A DNA stretch of 64,000 nt, taken from Marsupella aquatica (taxonomy: Eukaryota > Plantae > Marchantiophyta). The translations under genes and the position numbers were made by a program. The notes below the pieces were generated by a model, which worked only from the letters and a program-made list of their open reading frames with translations, was not told where the DNA came from and did not search any database. Location of the stretch: positions 6,252,166 to 6,316,165 of the forward strand of contig OZ316896.1 in NCBI GenBank assembly GCA_973895155.1. The letters are read 5' to 3'. Shown here piece by piece: positions 12,531-24,401 of the stretch; position 1 is the first letter of the stretch, and each line of letters begins with the position of its first letter.

Positions 12531-15500
12531 TGTTAGGTATTTACTCAAGGTCTAGGGTTACGGCATGTAATCGTAGTTAGACTAACCGTAGTCGAAGACG
12601 TGGTTAGGTTAACTAGGATGCACACTATATGCCAAGCGGTGTTTTCTTGGATAAGTGGAACTTAGGCTCATTGTTATGGAGCCACTCGAGAGATGAGGAG
12701 AGCTTACACTGTGGAGACTTGGTATAGCCGACGGGCTTAGAGTTCAATAAAGCTCTCTTGTGTGTTCCCGTGGACGTAGCCTCAATGAGGTGAACCACGT
12801 ATCTCTTGTGTCGACTACTTGCGCGATGGATGTGTCATGTGCTTATCGTTACAAGTATCGTCTATGCTCAACAATTGGTATCAGAGCATGCCTGGGAGTT
12901 GACATTGTTCGTGACGGTTTTTTCCAGCGTTGAGTGTCAGTGGATTTCCCGGAGTTCCGTCGCATGGAACTTGGAGTTTATGGGCTCAGCGGATAGATCG
13001 GGGCAAGGGCTTTCTAACGGTGTGAAGAAATCGCTGAACGGAGATCGTGGTGCGGAGAGATCTAAGTTTTCGTCGTTCTGGAATTTGTGAAGAAAGTTGG
13101 CAACATTCGTGTTCGACGGTTTTTCGGAGGAGGGACCAGAGTTTGTTTTCCCGACGGTGTGAGCTTTACGGCGAAGGAGGCGTCGCATGTTGTAGCTCTG
13201 CTTGTAGATCGGGACGAGCTGATCGTTTTGGTAGATGGTTTGTTGCCGAGTGTGTAACGAGTGCGTCGCAACGAGCAAAAGAAACATTCTGATTTTCTGA
13301 CCGGCTATGGAGTCCTCTTTTGCCTGAGCGGGGTTTCTCGTCATTGCGCTCGACTCGAAGGGAGAGACGTGAAGTACTTGGGCTGAACGGAGAGATCACG
13401 AAGAGGTGATCGTTTTGAGTCCAAGATTGATGATTTTGCCCACGGGAGGAAGGAGTTCTGAGTTTTTGCCACTGATTGACCAAAAAACGGTGCGGGTGCG
13501 CAAATCTTTCCAACTCACCAACATCGGTCTGCGCACCCCCCCTCCCTCAACGTTTTATCCCATCTCCCCTCCCTTCCTACGTACGATGCAACCCCCCGGA
13601 CCGTTGCGACCCTGCAGCTGGGCCGCACCACCCCACGCTCCTGCCCTCCTGCCTCCTCACGGCCGGCCGTCGGTCTTTTTTCACCCTCGGCTGCCCACAC
13701 ACCTCTCGGTGGTGAGCCTGTCGGCAGCAGTCTACATACTCGCGACTGCATACGCAGCCGCTGTATGCCCGGCCCCTTATACACACAATTGTTTTTTTGT
13801 AAGGGGTTTTGACCCCCTTAAGGCCCCTTATTTAATTCCTTCTCCCAGTAACCTATTGGCTATTGCATCCGGGACCTGCCGCCCTCCACTTTAACCGCTT
13901 GGACAGGGGGAACGGCCCCCTGTGAGCCCTGCTGCTCTGTGCGGGAATATTCCCGAAAAAGAGAGAGCATGTTTTTGGCCGCCCGTCGAAGATTCCGTCC
14001 GCCGAACGATAACTTTTTTTGTTCGTCTTCGGCAAGTTGCTAGCCATCGGAGTTGGCAACGCGGTGCACAAATTGAATTGCATTTCCAGCGTCGGGTACT
14101 AGTTCACTTTTTGGTTATTCCCCAAGGTGGTCAAAACGGGGGAGAATTCCAAGTTTTACCCACCTCGACCAAAAAGTGAATAACTTTTATGTCGGAGTTT
14201 GGTTTCGATTCTGGTTTTCAGCGTTGGAGAGCTAGGCTTGTGGGCTACGCGGCAGTGATAATTTTTGAGTTTTTTGAGAAGTTGAGAAAAACGTCATTTT
14301 TTCTTGATTTCTCACATGAGTGACTTGGAGGAGGGTTCTGTTGAGTCACCGGAGAGAACAGAGGAGGAAGCAGAAGATCTAGCAGAATTGTGGTCACCGA
14401 TATTGCGGCGAGTGACAAGAAAAATGATGGGGACAATCAAGCTTGGAGGTCCCAAGTTTGAGGTTACGAAATACGATGGCCGCACAGACTATTTGTTGTG
14501 GGAGCGACAAGTGAAGGGGGTACTGCGTGCAACCGGGCTTGGGAAATTGCTGAAGGACCAGCCAAATGATGTCGACAATGATGACTGGCAGGACATGCAG
14601 GAGCAGGCTGTGAGCACCGTGATGCTCTATCTTCAGCCTACTGTCATCAAGCAGTTGGCAGACCATGTTGATTGTGCATCATTGTTTGCCGCGTTGGAGC
14701 AAAAGTACCATCAAAAGGAGCTATCGAATCGGCTCTACACATCTTTGAAGCTTATGAGCTTCAAGATGAAGGAGGGAAGTGCAAAGATTCAGGACCATAT
14801 CGATGGTTTCAACGACCTGGTCGTTGATTTGCAAAATCTGGGGGAGGATTTGAGTGATGAGCGGCAGGCTCTTCACTTGCTTAGCTCTTTACCCTCATCG
14901 TATCAGTCATTGTCATGAGTGCTGCTTCATCGTGACAGGAAGACTATCACTTACAATGAAGTTGTAAGTGCTCTGTTGATTGATGACTTGCAACAGAAAT
15001 TGACCATGCCCTCTCAACCATCATCATCGTCTGGTGTTGCCTTGAATGTGAATCGTGGGAGGTCACAAAAGCGTCAAGAGCAGCACACGCAGGGCATGGG
15101 AAGAAGTAAATCTAGGACAAGATTTGCTTCAAGGGGGAAGTCCCAGGAGAGAAAGCAAGTAGTCTTCTGGAAGTGTCACAAGGTTGGTCACGTTAAGAGG
15201 GATTGTAAGGGTAAGGCAGCTGAATCTTCATCAGCCAATGTGGCTAGTGCTGATGGAGAAGTTGATTTACTCAATGATGAGTATGTTTTATGAAGTCAGG
15301 AGTATGCCCTGTGCACATCATCTAGGAGAGAAAATGATGTGTGGATTCTTGATTGTGCTTGCTCCTTTCACATTTGTTACATTCGCGAGTATTTCAATTC
15401 TTATTCTGTGTCAAACGGTTCAGTTTTGATGGGAAATAATCACTCCTGTCGAGTTGAGGATATTGGGTCTGTAAAGATTCAAATGTTTGATGGTATTGTG

Positions 15501-18500
15501 CGCACAGTGTCCGGAGTCAGGTTTGTACCTGGCATGCGTAAGAATTTGATTTCACTCGGTGTGTTGGATACAAATGGTCATCAATGGCGAGTAATTGATG
15601 GTGAACTTCAAGTCATATCGGGAGAGACAGTGATTTTGAAAGGGAGCAGATAGAAGAATCTGTATGTGTTGCAGGGCAATACAGTATGTGGAGAGGCCAA
15701 TGTAACCAAGTCTCACGAGGAAATGACTCAACTATGGCATTCACGGCTAGGCCACATGAGTGAGAAGGGTTTGGCTATCTTGCGGAAGAATGGGCTCATT
15801 TCTGATTTGCAGTCTTATAAATTGGAATTCTATGAGCATTACATTTTTGGAAAGCAACATCGTCGTGCTTTTGGTGTTGGAACTCATTGTTCCAAAGCGG
15901 TTCTTGAGTACATACATAGTGACGTGTGGGGACCATCCCCGACTCCCTCACATTCTGGAAAATTATACTATGTATCCTTCATTGACGATTACTCAAGATT
16001 TATATGGATTTATTTCATGACGCATAAGTCTGATGTCTTGTCCATTTTTACAAAGTGGAAGGCCCAAGTGGAGAATCAGATAGGCAACACGGTTAAGTGT
16101 TTGGATACCAGGGTAAAAAGTCTGAGGTCAGACAACGGCGGGGAGTACACTTCAATAGAATTTGAAAAGTATTGTGCAGAACAGGGGATAACTCGCCATC
16201 TCACCACAATTTATACTCCGCAGTAAAATGGTGTTGCTGAGAGGCTCAATTGAACACTATTGGAGCGGTCACGGAGTATGCTGAGCCAATCAGGTTTACC
16301 ACAGGAATTTTGGGCAGAAGCTGTCAATACTGCAGCTTATTTGGTAAATCTTTCTCCTTCTAGTGCAATCAATTTCAAAACGTCGTTTGAAATGCGTTAT
16401 AAGCAGCAAGCAGACTATCATGGCTTGGTAGTTTTTGGAAGTGATGCATATGCTCTCACACCAAAGCAGAATAGGACCAAGTTGGATCCTACGTCCAAGA
16501 AATGTATTTTGCTTGGGTATCAGAGTGGTGTGAAGGCCTACAGGCTATGGGATCCTATTGCCTGTAAGCTCGTTGTCAGTAGGGATGTTTCCTTCAATGA
16601 ATCCAGATTATTGAAGGAGGGGGAGAATACTCAGGTCTCCCGTACTGACAAAGGAAAATCTCCTATCCCGGATCTCGTTGAGGGGGAGATTGATCATGAA
16701 GTGCATGATCGAAGAGAAGGAGGTGCTCCAAGCATGGAGCTGGTTCCTGTGCCAGAGGAACAAGAGGAGTTTATTGATGCTGGTGAGCAGCAAGTGGATG
16801 CTGTTGAGCTTCAAATCGTACCAGTAGACGCAATTCAACCGGAGTCATCGGCTAGAAGAACATCTGGTCCCACTGTACCCGCTCCTCCTAGGTATGGATA
16901 GTGGGTTGATTCATCTCAACTGCAAGAGGATGATTCTGTAGTTGATGATGAGGGTGATGCGTTAATTTTGGAAGAAGGGGAACCTTCTTCATTTCATGAG
17001 GCAAGTGCTTCAAAGGAGAAGCAGAAATGGACTGCAGCAATGCAAACGGAAATGCAGTCACTGAAGGACAACAAAACTTGGGAGCTTGTTAAGCTGCCTA
17101 AGGGTCAGCAAGTGGTGGACAGTAAGTGGATATACAAACTAAAGGATCAGTCTACGGGAGGTGGATCAAAGGTCTACAAGGCTAGGTTGGTAGCCAAGGG
17201 ATTCACACAGGAAAAAGGTGTGGATTACAATGAGGTCTTCTCACTAGTTGCTAAGTACTCAACAATACGGCTATTGTGTGTGCTTGTTGTAATGTTTGGT
17301 CTGCTGTTAGATTAGATGGATGTTGTCACAGCTTTCCTCTATGGCACCTTGGAAGAGGTGATCTTCATGAGACAGCCGCTAGGTTTTGTGAAGAGAGGAC
17401 AGGAGGAACTGGTTTGCAGATTGCTGAAATCTTTGTATGGGTTGAAGCAGTCACCAAGACAGTGGAATAAGCGGTTTGACGATTGGATTCGGTCACAAGG
17501 TTTTCACAGGAGTGTGTTTGACCCTTGTGTATATTTGAAATCGGTGAAGAATGTTGTCTTTGGGTTCATTGTTTTAGTACTTTATGTGAATGACATGCTT
17601 ATTGCGGCCAAGGATAGGTCTGAGATTGTTAAGCTTAAGGCACTGCTAAGTGCAGAGTTTAAGATGAAGGACCTAGGGCCAGCTAAGAGGATTTTGGGTA
17701 TGGAGATCACTAGGGACTTGGAGGCTGGTAAGCTATGGTTGACACAGAGCAGTTATGCGAGGAAGGTAATTTCTAGGTTCAACATGGGGGATAGTAAGCC
17801 AGTAAGTACCCCTTTGGCTGCACACTTCAAATTGTCATCAGCTTTTTGTCCCACAGATGCGACAGAGAAGGGGCTGATGTCAAAAGTTCCTTATGATAAG
17901 GCAGTGGGAAGTCTCATGTATTTGATGACTTGCACTAGACCTGATCTTGCCATGGCTATGGGCAAGGTGAGCAGGTACATGTCAAATCCAGGGAAGGTAC
18001 ACTGGGAAGCAGTGAAGTGGATTATTAGGTACTTGAAGGGTACCATGGATCATGGTCTTTTATTTGATGCAAATGCAAAGAATGCGAGATCATTGATTGG
18101 CTATGTAGATTCTGACTATGGACAAGATCTGGACCGAAGGAGATCAACAACAGGGTACGTGTTCACACTTGGCGGTGGATGCATAAGTTGGAGGTCTACT
18201 TTGCAGAAGTGTATTGCTCAATCTACTACAGAAGCGAAGTATGTTGCAGCAGCGGAAGCAGCGAAGGAAGCGATTTGGTTGGATAGACTTATCACTGAAA
18301 TGGGATTGCCACAGGGGAATGTGAAGCTCCATTGTGATAGTCAAAGTGCGCTCCACCTTGCTGTGAACCAGGTGATGGACAGTAGAGTGAAGCACATAGA
18401 TGTCAGGTACCACTTTATCAGGCAGGCTGTGTTTGATAATTTGTTTGAGCTAGTTAAGATAGACGGTAAACTCAACCCAGCTGACGCATTTACCAAAGTG

Positions 18501-19101
18501 ATTCATTCGGAAAGTTTCTCTAGACATCGTGATGTGCTGCAGGTTTTGCAATTGCGTCACAAGTAAGGGTTTTTCTTAACATTTGTTGTAATTACTGATA
18601 TATGCTCTTCTTCACTCCTAGTAATAGGCTACGGCTTAGTTCTGGTTTGCTCTAGTTAGAGAGGGAAAACCATGTTGGTTTTCGTCCAGAACTTCCCGCT
18701 GAGGGATCATATAGGTTAGCAGTATTACCCTCCCCTAGACCAGAGTCAAGGGGGAGATTGTTAAGTATTTATTCAAGGTCTAGGGTTACGGCATGTAATC
18801 ATAGTTAGACTAACCGTAGTCGGAGACGTGGTTAGGTTAACTAGGATGCACACTATATGCCAAGCGGTGTTTTCTTGGATAAGTGGAACTTAGGCTCATT
18901 GTTATGGAGCCACTCGAGAGATGAGAAGAGCTTACACTGTGGAGACTTGGTATAGCCGACGGGCTTAGAGTTCAGTAAAGCTCTCTTGTGTGTTCCCGTG
19001 GACGTAGCCTCAAGGAGGTGAACCACGTATCTCTTGTGTCAACTACTTGCGCGTTGGATGTGTCATGTGCTTATCGTTACAAGTGTCGTCTATGCTCAAC
19101 A
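12531..19101 (+). mobile_element. full-length Ty1/Copia LTR retrotransposon (family A), inactivated
   Basis: 343-bp TG..CA LTRs at 12531-12873 and 18759-19101 (10 mismatches by eye). TSD cagag at 12526-12530 and 19102-19106; PBS tggtatcagagc at 12876-12887 (tRNA-iMet type); PPT aagggggagat at 18748-18758. Confidence 0.97.
14316..18566 (+). pseudogene. Copia gag-pol (Gag, zinc knuckle, protease, integrase, RT, RNase H) with 7 in-frame stops
   Basis: Motifs WKCHKVGHVKRDC, WILDCACSFH, WHSRLGH, HSDVWGP, SDNGGEY, KARLVAKGFTQ, LYGLKQSPRQW and KHIDVRYHF all lie in one reading frame. Stops at 14916, 15291, 15651, 16224, 16251, 16899 and 17313; RT YVDD is mutated to YVND. Confidence 0.95.
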
Positions 19102-20837
19102 CAGAGTACCCCTAATGGCACGATGTTTAGCGTAGGGTGAAAACCTAATATGTGAATGGAACATAAAACTAAATGATATAGCTTACTGCAACAAAAGAGA
19201 AGCAAAGTCCAAGGGACCGAGTATTCGTCTAAGGTAAGTTATGAATGAGTGACGAGCTTGGACAAAGGAGGCTCAGAAACTTAGTCAAAGTGCGCAGTGA
19301 AGCTTGACAGCAGGATGCGCAGAACCAATCCACAATATTTGAGAATCACGAACTTTCTCAACTTGCTGTGAAGCAAAACTCTAGAAGAAAGCATGAAATT
19401 GTAGCAAAAAACCCTACGATTCAAGTAACGAATCCTACTAGGGAAGCAATTCTTGAACTTGCGATGTGAAAATTTCTATCAACAAAAATGGCTCTTCTTC
19501 CTCTTACCATATTTAACAAGAGACACATCTCATCCAGAACTGTAGTCCTTTGTGAACTCAGTGAGCTCATCGTTTTCCACATATGCTCACATAATGGCGA
19601 TCGAAGTTAGCACAACTGACTGACAAGGTGTCGTCTGACAACGAAGCGTCGAGACAGGACAGCTTTCCATCAGGTCTATGACATCCCCCTCCAGGTCAAA
19701 AATTCAAGGATAAGAGGTAAGAAATTGGACAAACCCTGGTCGACGTCGTATAGAAATTCCGTTCTCGCCCAAGCTAGCACCGAAGAGCCCTCGACAAAGG
19801 ATCTGTTATCGGTGTGATTAACGAGAGATAACGGTTGCAAATTGCTGTGGAAAAATTTCTGATCTGGTGACCTCTTGCTTTATGCACATAGAAAGATTCT
19901 TCTTCTTCCTTTGTAGAGAACGTTTCTTCACGCCCATTTCAGCTTATTCCGAATTCAGCTCATCGTTCTGTCGGGAAACCACAGGACCAGTAAGCCCGCA
20001 GAAAAACGCAGCTCGTCTAGTATGACACACACACTGGCGGATAAACACCACATGGTTTGGCAACAAAGTCCTTCCAAATGTTCTTATCACATATTCTCCA
20101 ATTGTAAGATAAGTTTTGAAACACACGTATTTCCATGTGTACAACAATATTTCCTGGATATCGGAGCAGTATTTCAATCATGGATCTCTCCGCTATTACT
20201 TGATTTGAAACATGGTTCACCAAGCAAAAATGGGAAGAAGGCTCTTGGGAGACAAATTTTCAGCATCAGGCAGAGCCACAACGAAGCAGTTATTTATGTT
20301 GGGGACAACAACTCCATTATTTTCCTTCCGTGACTCGGGAAAGATACACAGTCGCCGGGACACGGACAGTCTCCAAGCCCATTTTGAGGGATGCACAAAA
20401 CTCTGTCGGCTGCACACTTCTGGTCACAAGAACACGTGTACATCATTGTGAATCGCGGGGTGGGTGGTAGCAAAACTGATGATGTTGTATACCCATCTAT
20501 AGATGATACTCTAGAGCGCTTAGAATGTGTAGAAATGTTTTTAAAAGAGCTTTTGTTGAGCCTAGCTAACATGCATTGTCAAATATCATCAAGTATTGAA
20601 GAGATCAGAAGTCAATGAGGCTCTTTGAGATTGTGCCAAAAGTGCATTGTGTTCTTGGAGAGCTCTCCTAGATAGTAGAAGGGTGTCGCAATCTTGGAGA
20701 ACTTGACATTTGTTTTGAGATTGTCAAAACAAATGTCAAGATCTCGGGAAGCCTCTCCAAGATTGCCAAAAACAATATGATCAGTGGCAGTGGGGGGCCA
20801 CTAATTTCAGTGACTGATAATTGATGGATTACCTCTC

Positions 20838-22457
20838 CTCAGCAAGCAACATCTCTCTACCCATAATGACAAGTCTGCTTCCTTAGTGGTTAGAGGCAGA
20901 TTGATAGAGTGTACTACGGATCAATCTAGATCTAAATCTCATAGTAGATCTAAGTGTAAGTCTAATAGTATGAAAGTTCACTATTGGTATTGCCTTGAGA
21001 ACGGGCATGAGAAGAGCCACACCAAGTGGAATTGTCCATTTGTGTAAAAGCATAAGCGTTCTACTTCCAATGATGCATCCTCATCTTCAGCATACATTAA
21101 GATTCCTAATCACGAGGATGTTACTGAAGTGCTATGTATTGGTGCTATGAATTCTATGTATGACAATAATTGGATGTTGGATTTGGGTTCCTTTTATCAT
21201 GTGTGTCTAACGCAATTGTATTTCTCCACTTACCAACCTTGTACCGGTACTATGGAAATTGGAAATGGTGTCTGATATGCATGCAATTGCTAGCATGGGG
21301 ACTATCAAATTTTGGATGTTTGATGGTGTTGTGCAAGCATTGCCAGATGTTAGACACATAGTTACTAGATTTATCTAAGAAATTGATTTTGCTGAGTGCT
21401 TTGGAAGCTGGTGGATCTCATTTCACTACACGTGATGGTGCGGTATTTGTTGTCAAAGGTGATATATCTTTGAGTAAGGTCCTATAGCAGAATAATTTAT
21501 ATATCTTGCAAGAAAATATTATTTCTCCTACGATAGAGCATATATGTGGATTGTGTGGTGGAACGTTTGGATGTAGCAGCCACCACTACCACAAAGTCAT
21601 CTCCTCGATCATCTCTAGGTGCTTCAATTGAAGCACCTTCAACTTTGGTCACACACAAGCCATAGATTTGTGGTATGCACGGTTGGGGCACTTTGAGTGG
21701 TAAAGGATTGAAAGCCTTGGCAAACAAATATTAATTTGTTGTAAGGAGCTCAATCTGGTAGACTCTTTTTTTGTGAAGATTGCATTTAAATAGCAAGGAG
21801 CGGAGAGTAAATTTTAGTTCTTGTTCCTATCATTTTCATGAGATTTGTAAGTATGTATATTTGGATGTTTGGGGTCCAGCGTTGGAGCTATTGTTGGATG
21901 AAGCCAAATATTTTTTGACGTTTGTACATGATTACTCTCAAATGTGTTACTATACTATATGAAGAAGAAGTCTAAAGTATTTCAGATCTTCAAGGAATGG
22001 AAAGCCATGATGAAGCTACAAACTAGGAAGGAGTTGAAGTGTGTTTGGTCAAATAACAATGACAAGTATAAGTCCAATGAGCTTGACCAATTTGGTCGAG
22101 ACCTTGGCATCAAACGTTATTACACTGTATCGCAGATCCCATAGCAAAATGGAGTTTTGTAAAATGGTTGAATCTGACATTACTGAAAAAAGCACGTAAC
22201 ATGCTATGTAAGTCCAAGTTGCATAACCATTTTTGGACTAAAATTGTCAACCAAGCCTACATACATTAACAATCTGTCACCGCATAGTAGTAAGTTGATG
22301 TAGACTCCATTTGAGTTGTGGTATAAGAGACCTGTTGATTACTCTAGACTCCAAGTTTTTGGTTGTGTTGCTCATGTTCACATTGAGTAGACACACAGGT
22401 CTAAGTTGGATCCCAAGTCTGAAAAATGTGTTTTCTAGGCTTTAGTCCTGAGCAGAA
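20838..22457 (+). mobile_element. degraded Copia family B internal fragment (gag tail, protease, integrase)
   Basis: Colinear with the reverse complement of ~41400-43270, e.g. ccttagtggttagaggcaga and ggatcaatctagatctaaatc; peptide remnants YVYLDVWGP and VFQIFKEWKAM; many frameshifts. Confidence 0.9.
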
Positions 22458-22482
22458 GTAAAACACATATAGTAGCAAGTCT

Positions 22483-22911
22483 AACAACTGACAAGAAAAT
22501 TAATGTGTAGTCCAAGCCCTCCTTCTGGGTGTACCCTAAACAAGGAGTGCCTTGGGAGTGTCATCTTGTTTCTTCTTGTCCAACCACCTACACGAAACTG
22601 TCTAGCATTTTCCCGCAAAACTCTCATACCACTTGTAAGAAACCGTTGGCTCCATACTACATAACAATGCAAAACATGAGAGCACTCAGTCTCACACTAC
22701 ACCAACAAGACACCATGATGAACAAAATCTTGAAAAATCCATAGCTCATGAGAAAATACATGTGAATAAATCAATGAGGAAGATAATGCCCACCCTCCAA
22801 CCTATACCTTCTAGGGGCCTAGATGTGTGGATCTAATATAATCCAGAGTTAACTTAACCCTAGTAAGATCAAACTAACTAAAGCTGAGAACTTAAGAGTC
22901 AATTCCTAACA
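22483..22911 (-). mobile_element. Copia family B derivative: LTR + PBS fused directly to an RT fragment
   Basis: LTR at 22634-22911 is homologous to 45446-45738; PBS-like tggtatgagag at 22631-22621; then RT sequence homologous to ~40845-40978 (GYTQKEGLDY). Confidence 0.8.
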
Positions 22912-22974
22912 TTTTATGTCTGTGAAAGTACATTAGTATGATGGGAGCAACCTTCCAATCCATCCACACTTTGG

Positions 22975-23328
22975 CTTTGGTCTTTGAAGAACATTTTTAA
23001 TTTTTAATTTATTTTTATATTTTCCTCCTATCAATTTTCTCTCAATCACTTGTCCCCAATCTTAAATGAGTCTCCAATCAAAAAATCCCAAGTTTCTGCA
23101 AATCTAACTCAAGGCAAAGAATAATACATTTTCTAAACCCGTGCCCATGCCCTTTGGTTTTTGAAGAACATTTCTATTTTTAACTCATTTACATGTTTAC
23201 CTCCTGATCAATTTTATCTCAATCACTTGTCCCCAATTTTAAATGAGTCTCCAATCACAAAATTCTAAGTTTTCTGAAAATCTAAGTCCAAGGCAAAAGA
23301 TAATACATATTCTAAACCCATACCCATG
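22975..23328. repeat. ~177-bp degenerate tandem duplication
   Basis: Units start ctttggt(c/t)tttgaagaacatt at 22975 and 23152 and share tcaatcacttgtccccaat..aaatgagtctccaatca. Confidence 0.8.
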
Positions 23329-24401
23329 TTGCATGCTCTTTTCTCTAAAGCCTGAGAATATATCTTCCAAACCCATTTCTCGAGGGTCTCACTATATGGA
23401 TGCCTCTCCATCACCTGTGACGTTTTTAGGCCTCGAACCCCCTAAAATGTAAGAAAAAAAATTATTTTTTTGACCCCTATAAAGTCAGAATATTCTCAAA
23501 ATATTCCCAAATTTTGATTATAAGGACCCTAATGTTCTTATAAGTCCCAAAATTGGATTTAAAAGACCCTATTGTTCTTCTCAGAAAATTCTTAAGTCTT
23601 CCCTTTGAACCAATAAAATGACTCTATACTTCGTCGCACGTGATATGCCATTTTTGTGGAAGTGAAACCCCCGAGACCCATTTGTTCAATCAAATTGTTG
23701 TTGGGTATTTCTCAAAGCCCTCGTCTACTCTCCACACAACAAGAAGGTACAAGTCAGCTTCAAAAGGATAGGAGAACAAGCATAGTTTATAGGCCTCATA
23801 GAAACATACAATGTTCTTGTCTCGTTCTTCAATACAAACAATAGCAACAAGCTAATTACAAATCCCCGTGTGAATTTACTTCCAAAATTTTTGGATACAT
23901 GCAACCATATCATAATTATTTGTCACAAACAAGAACCATTATTTATGCAAGAAGAATCATATTTGACTATGATAGAGTCAAGGCAAAGGAAAACACTTAG
24001 ACCTTATACGTGTAAAAACAATGAGAAATTGAAATTTAATATTTCAAATAAAAATTGGTAAAATATGGTGAAAAGAAAATAATTTTTGGGTGAGTTGTGA
24101 TTAATATATTAATGTTTTTAGTGATTATTTTAATTTTTTATTTACATATTTTTAAAATAAAAATAAATAGGAAGAAACTCTTCAACTACTCTAAAATGTA
24201 TCAAGGTAACATAAGATAATCAAGAAAAATTTCAACTTCTCTAACATTTATCAAGATAACTTAAGAAACCTTTTGGCTATTTAGGAGTAACAAAACAAAA
24301 TAAGAAACATCATAACTAATTGTGGTAGAGAAATACCAAGGGACTCTAAGACCTTTCAACTATTGTAGACAAAATAATATTTTGCATGAATTGTATAAAA
24401 T

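Noticed and set aside
12806-14179. Several overlapping ORFs in the Copia A leader as an extra/env-like gene
   Set aside because: GC-rich low-complexity leader is open in many frames, has no motif, and is not preserved as an ORF in the related leader at 33703-34320.
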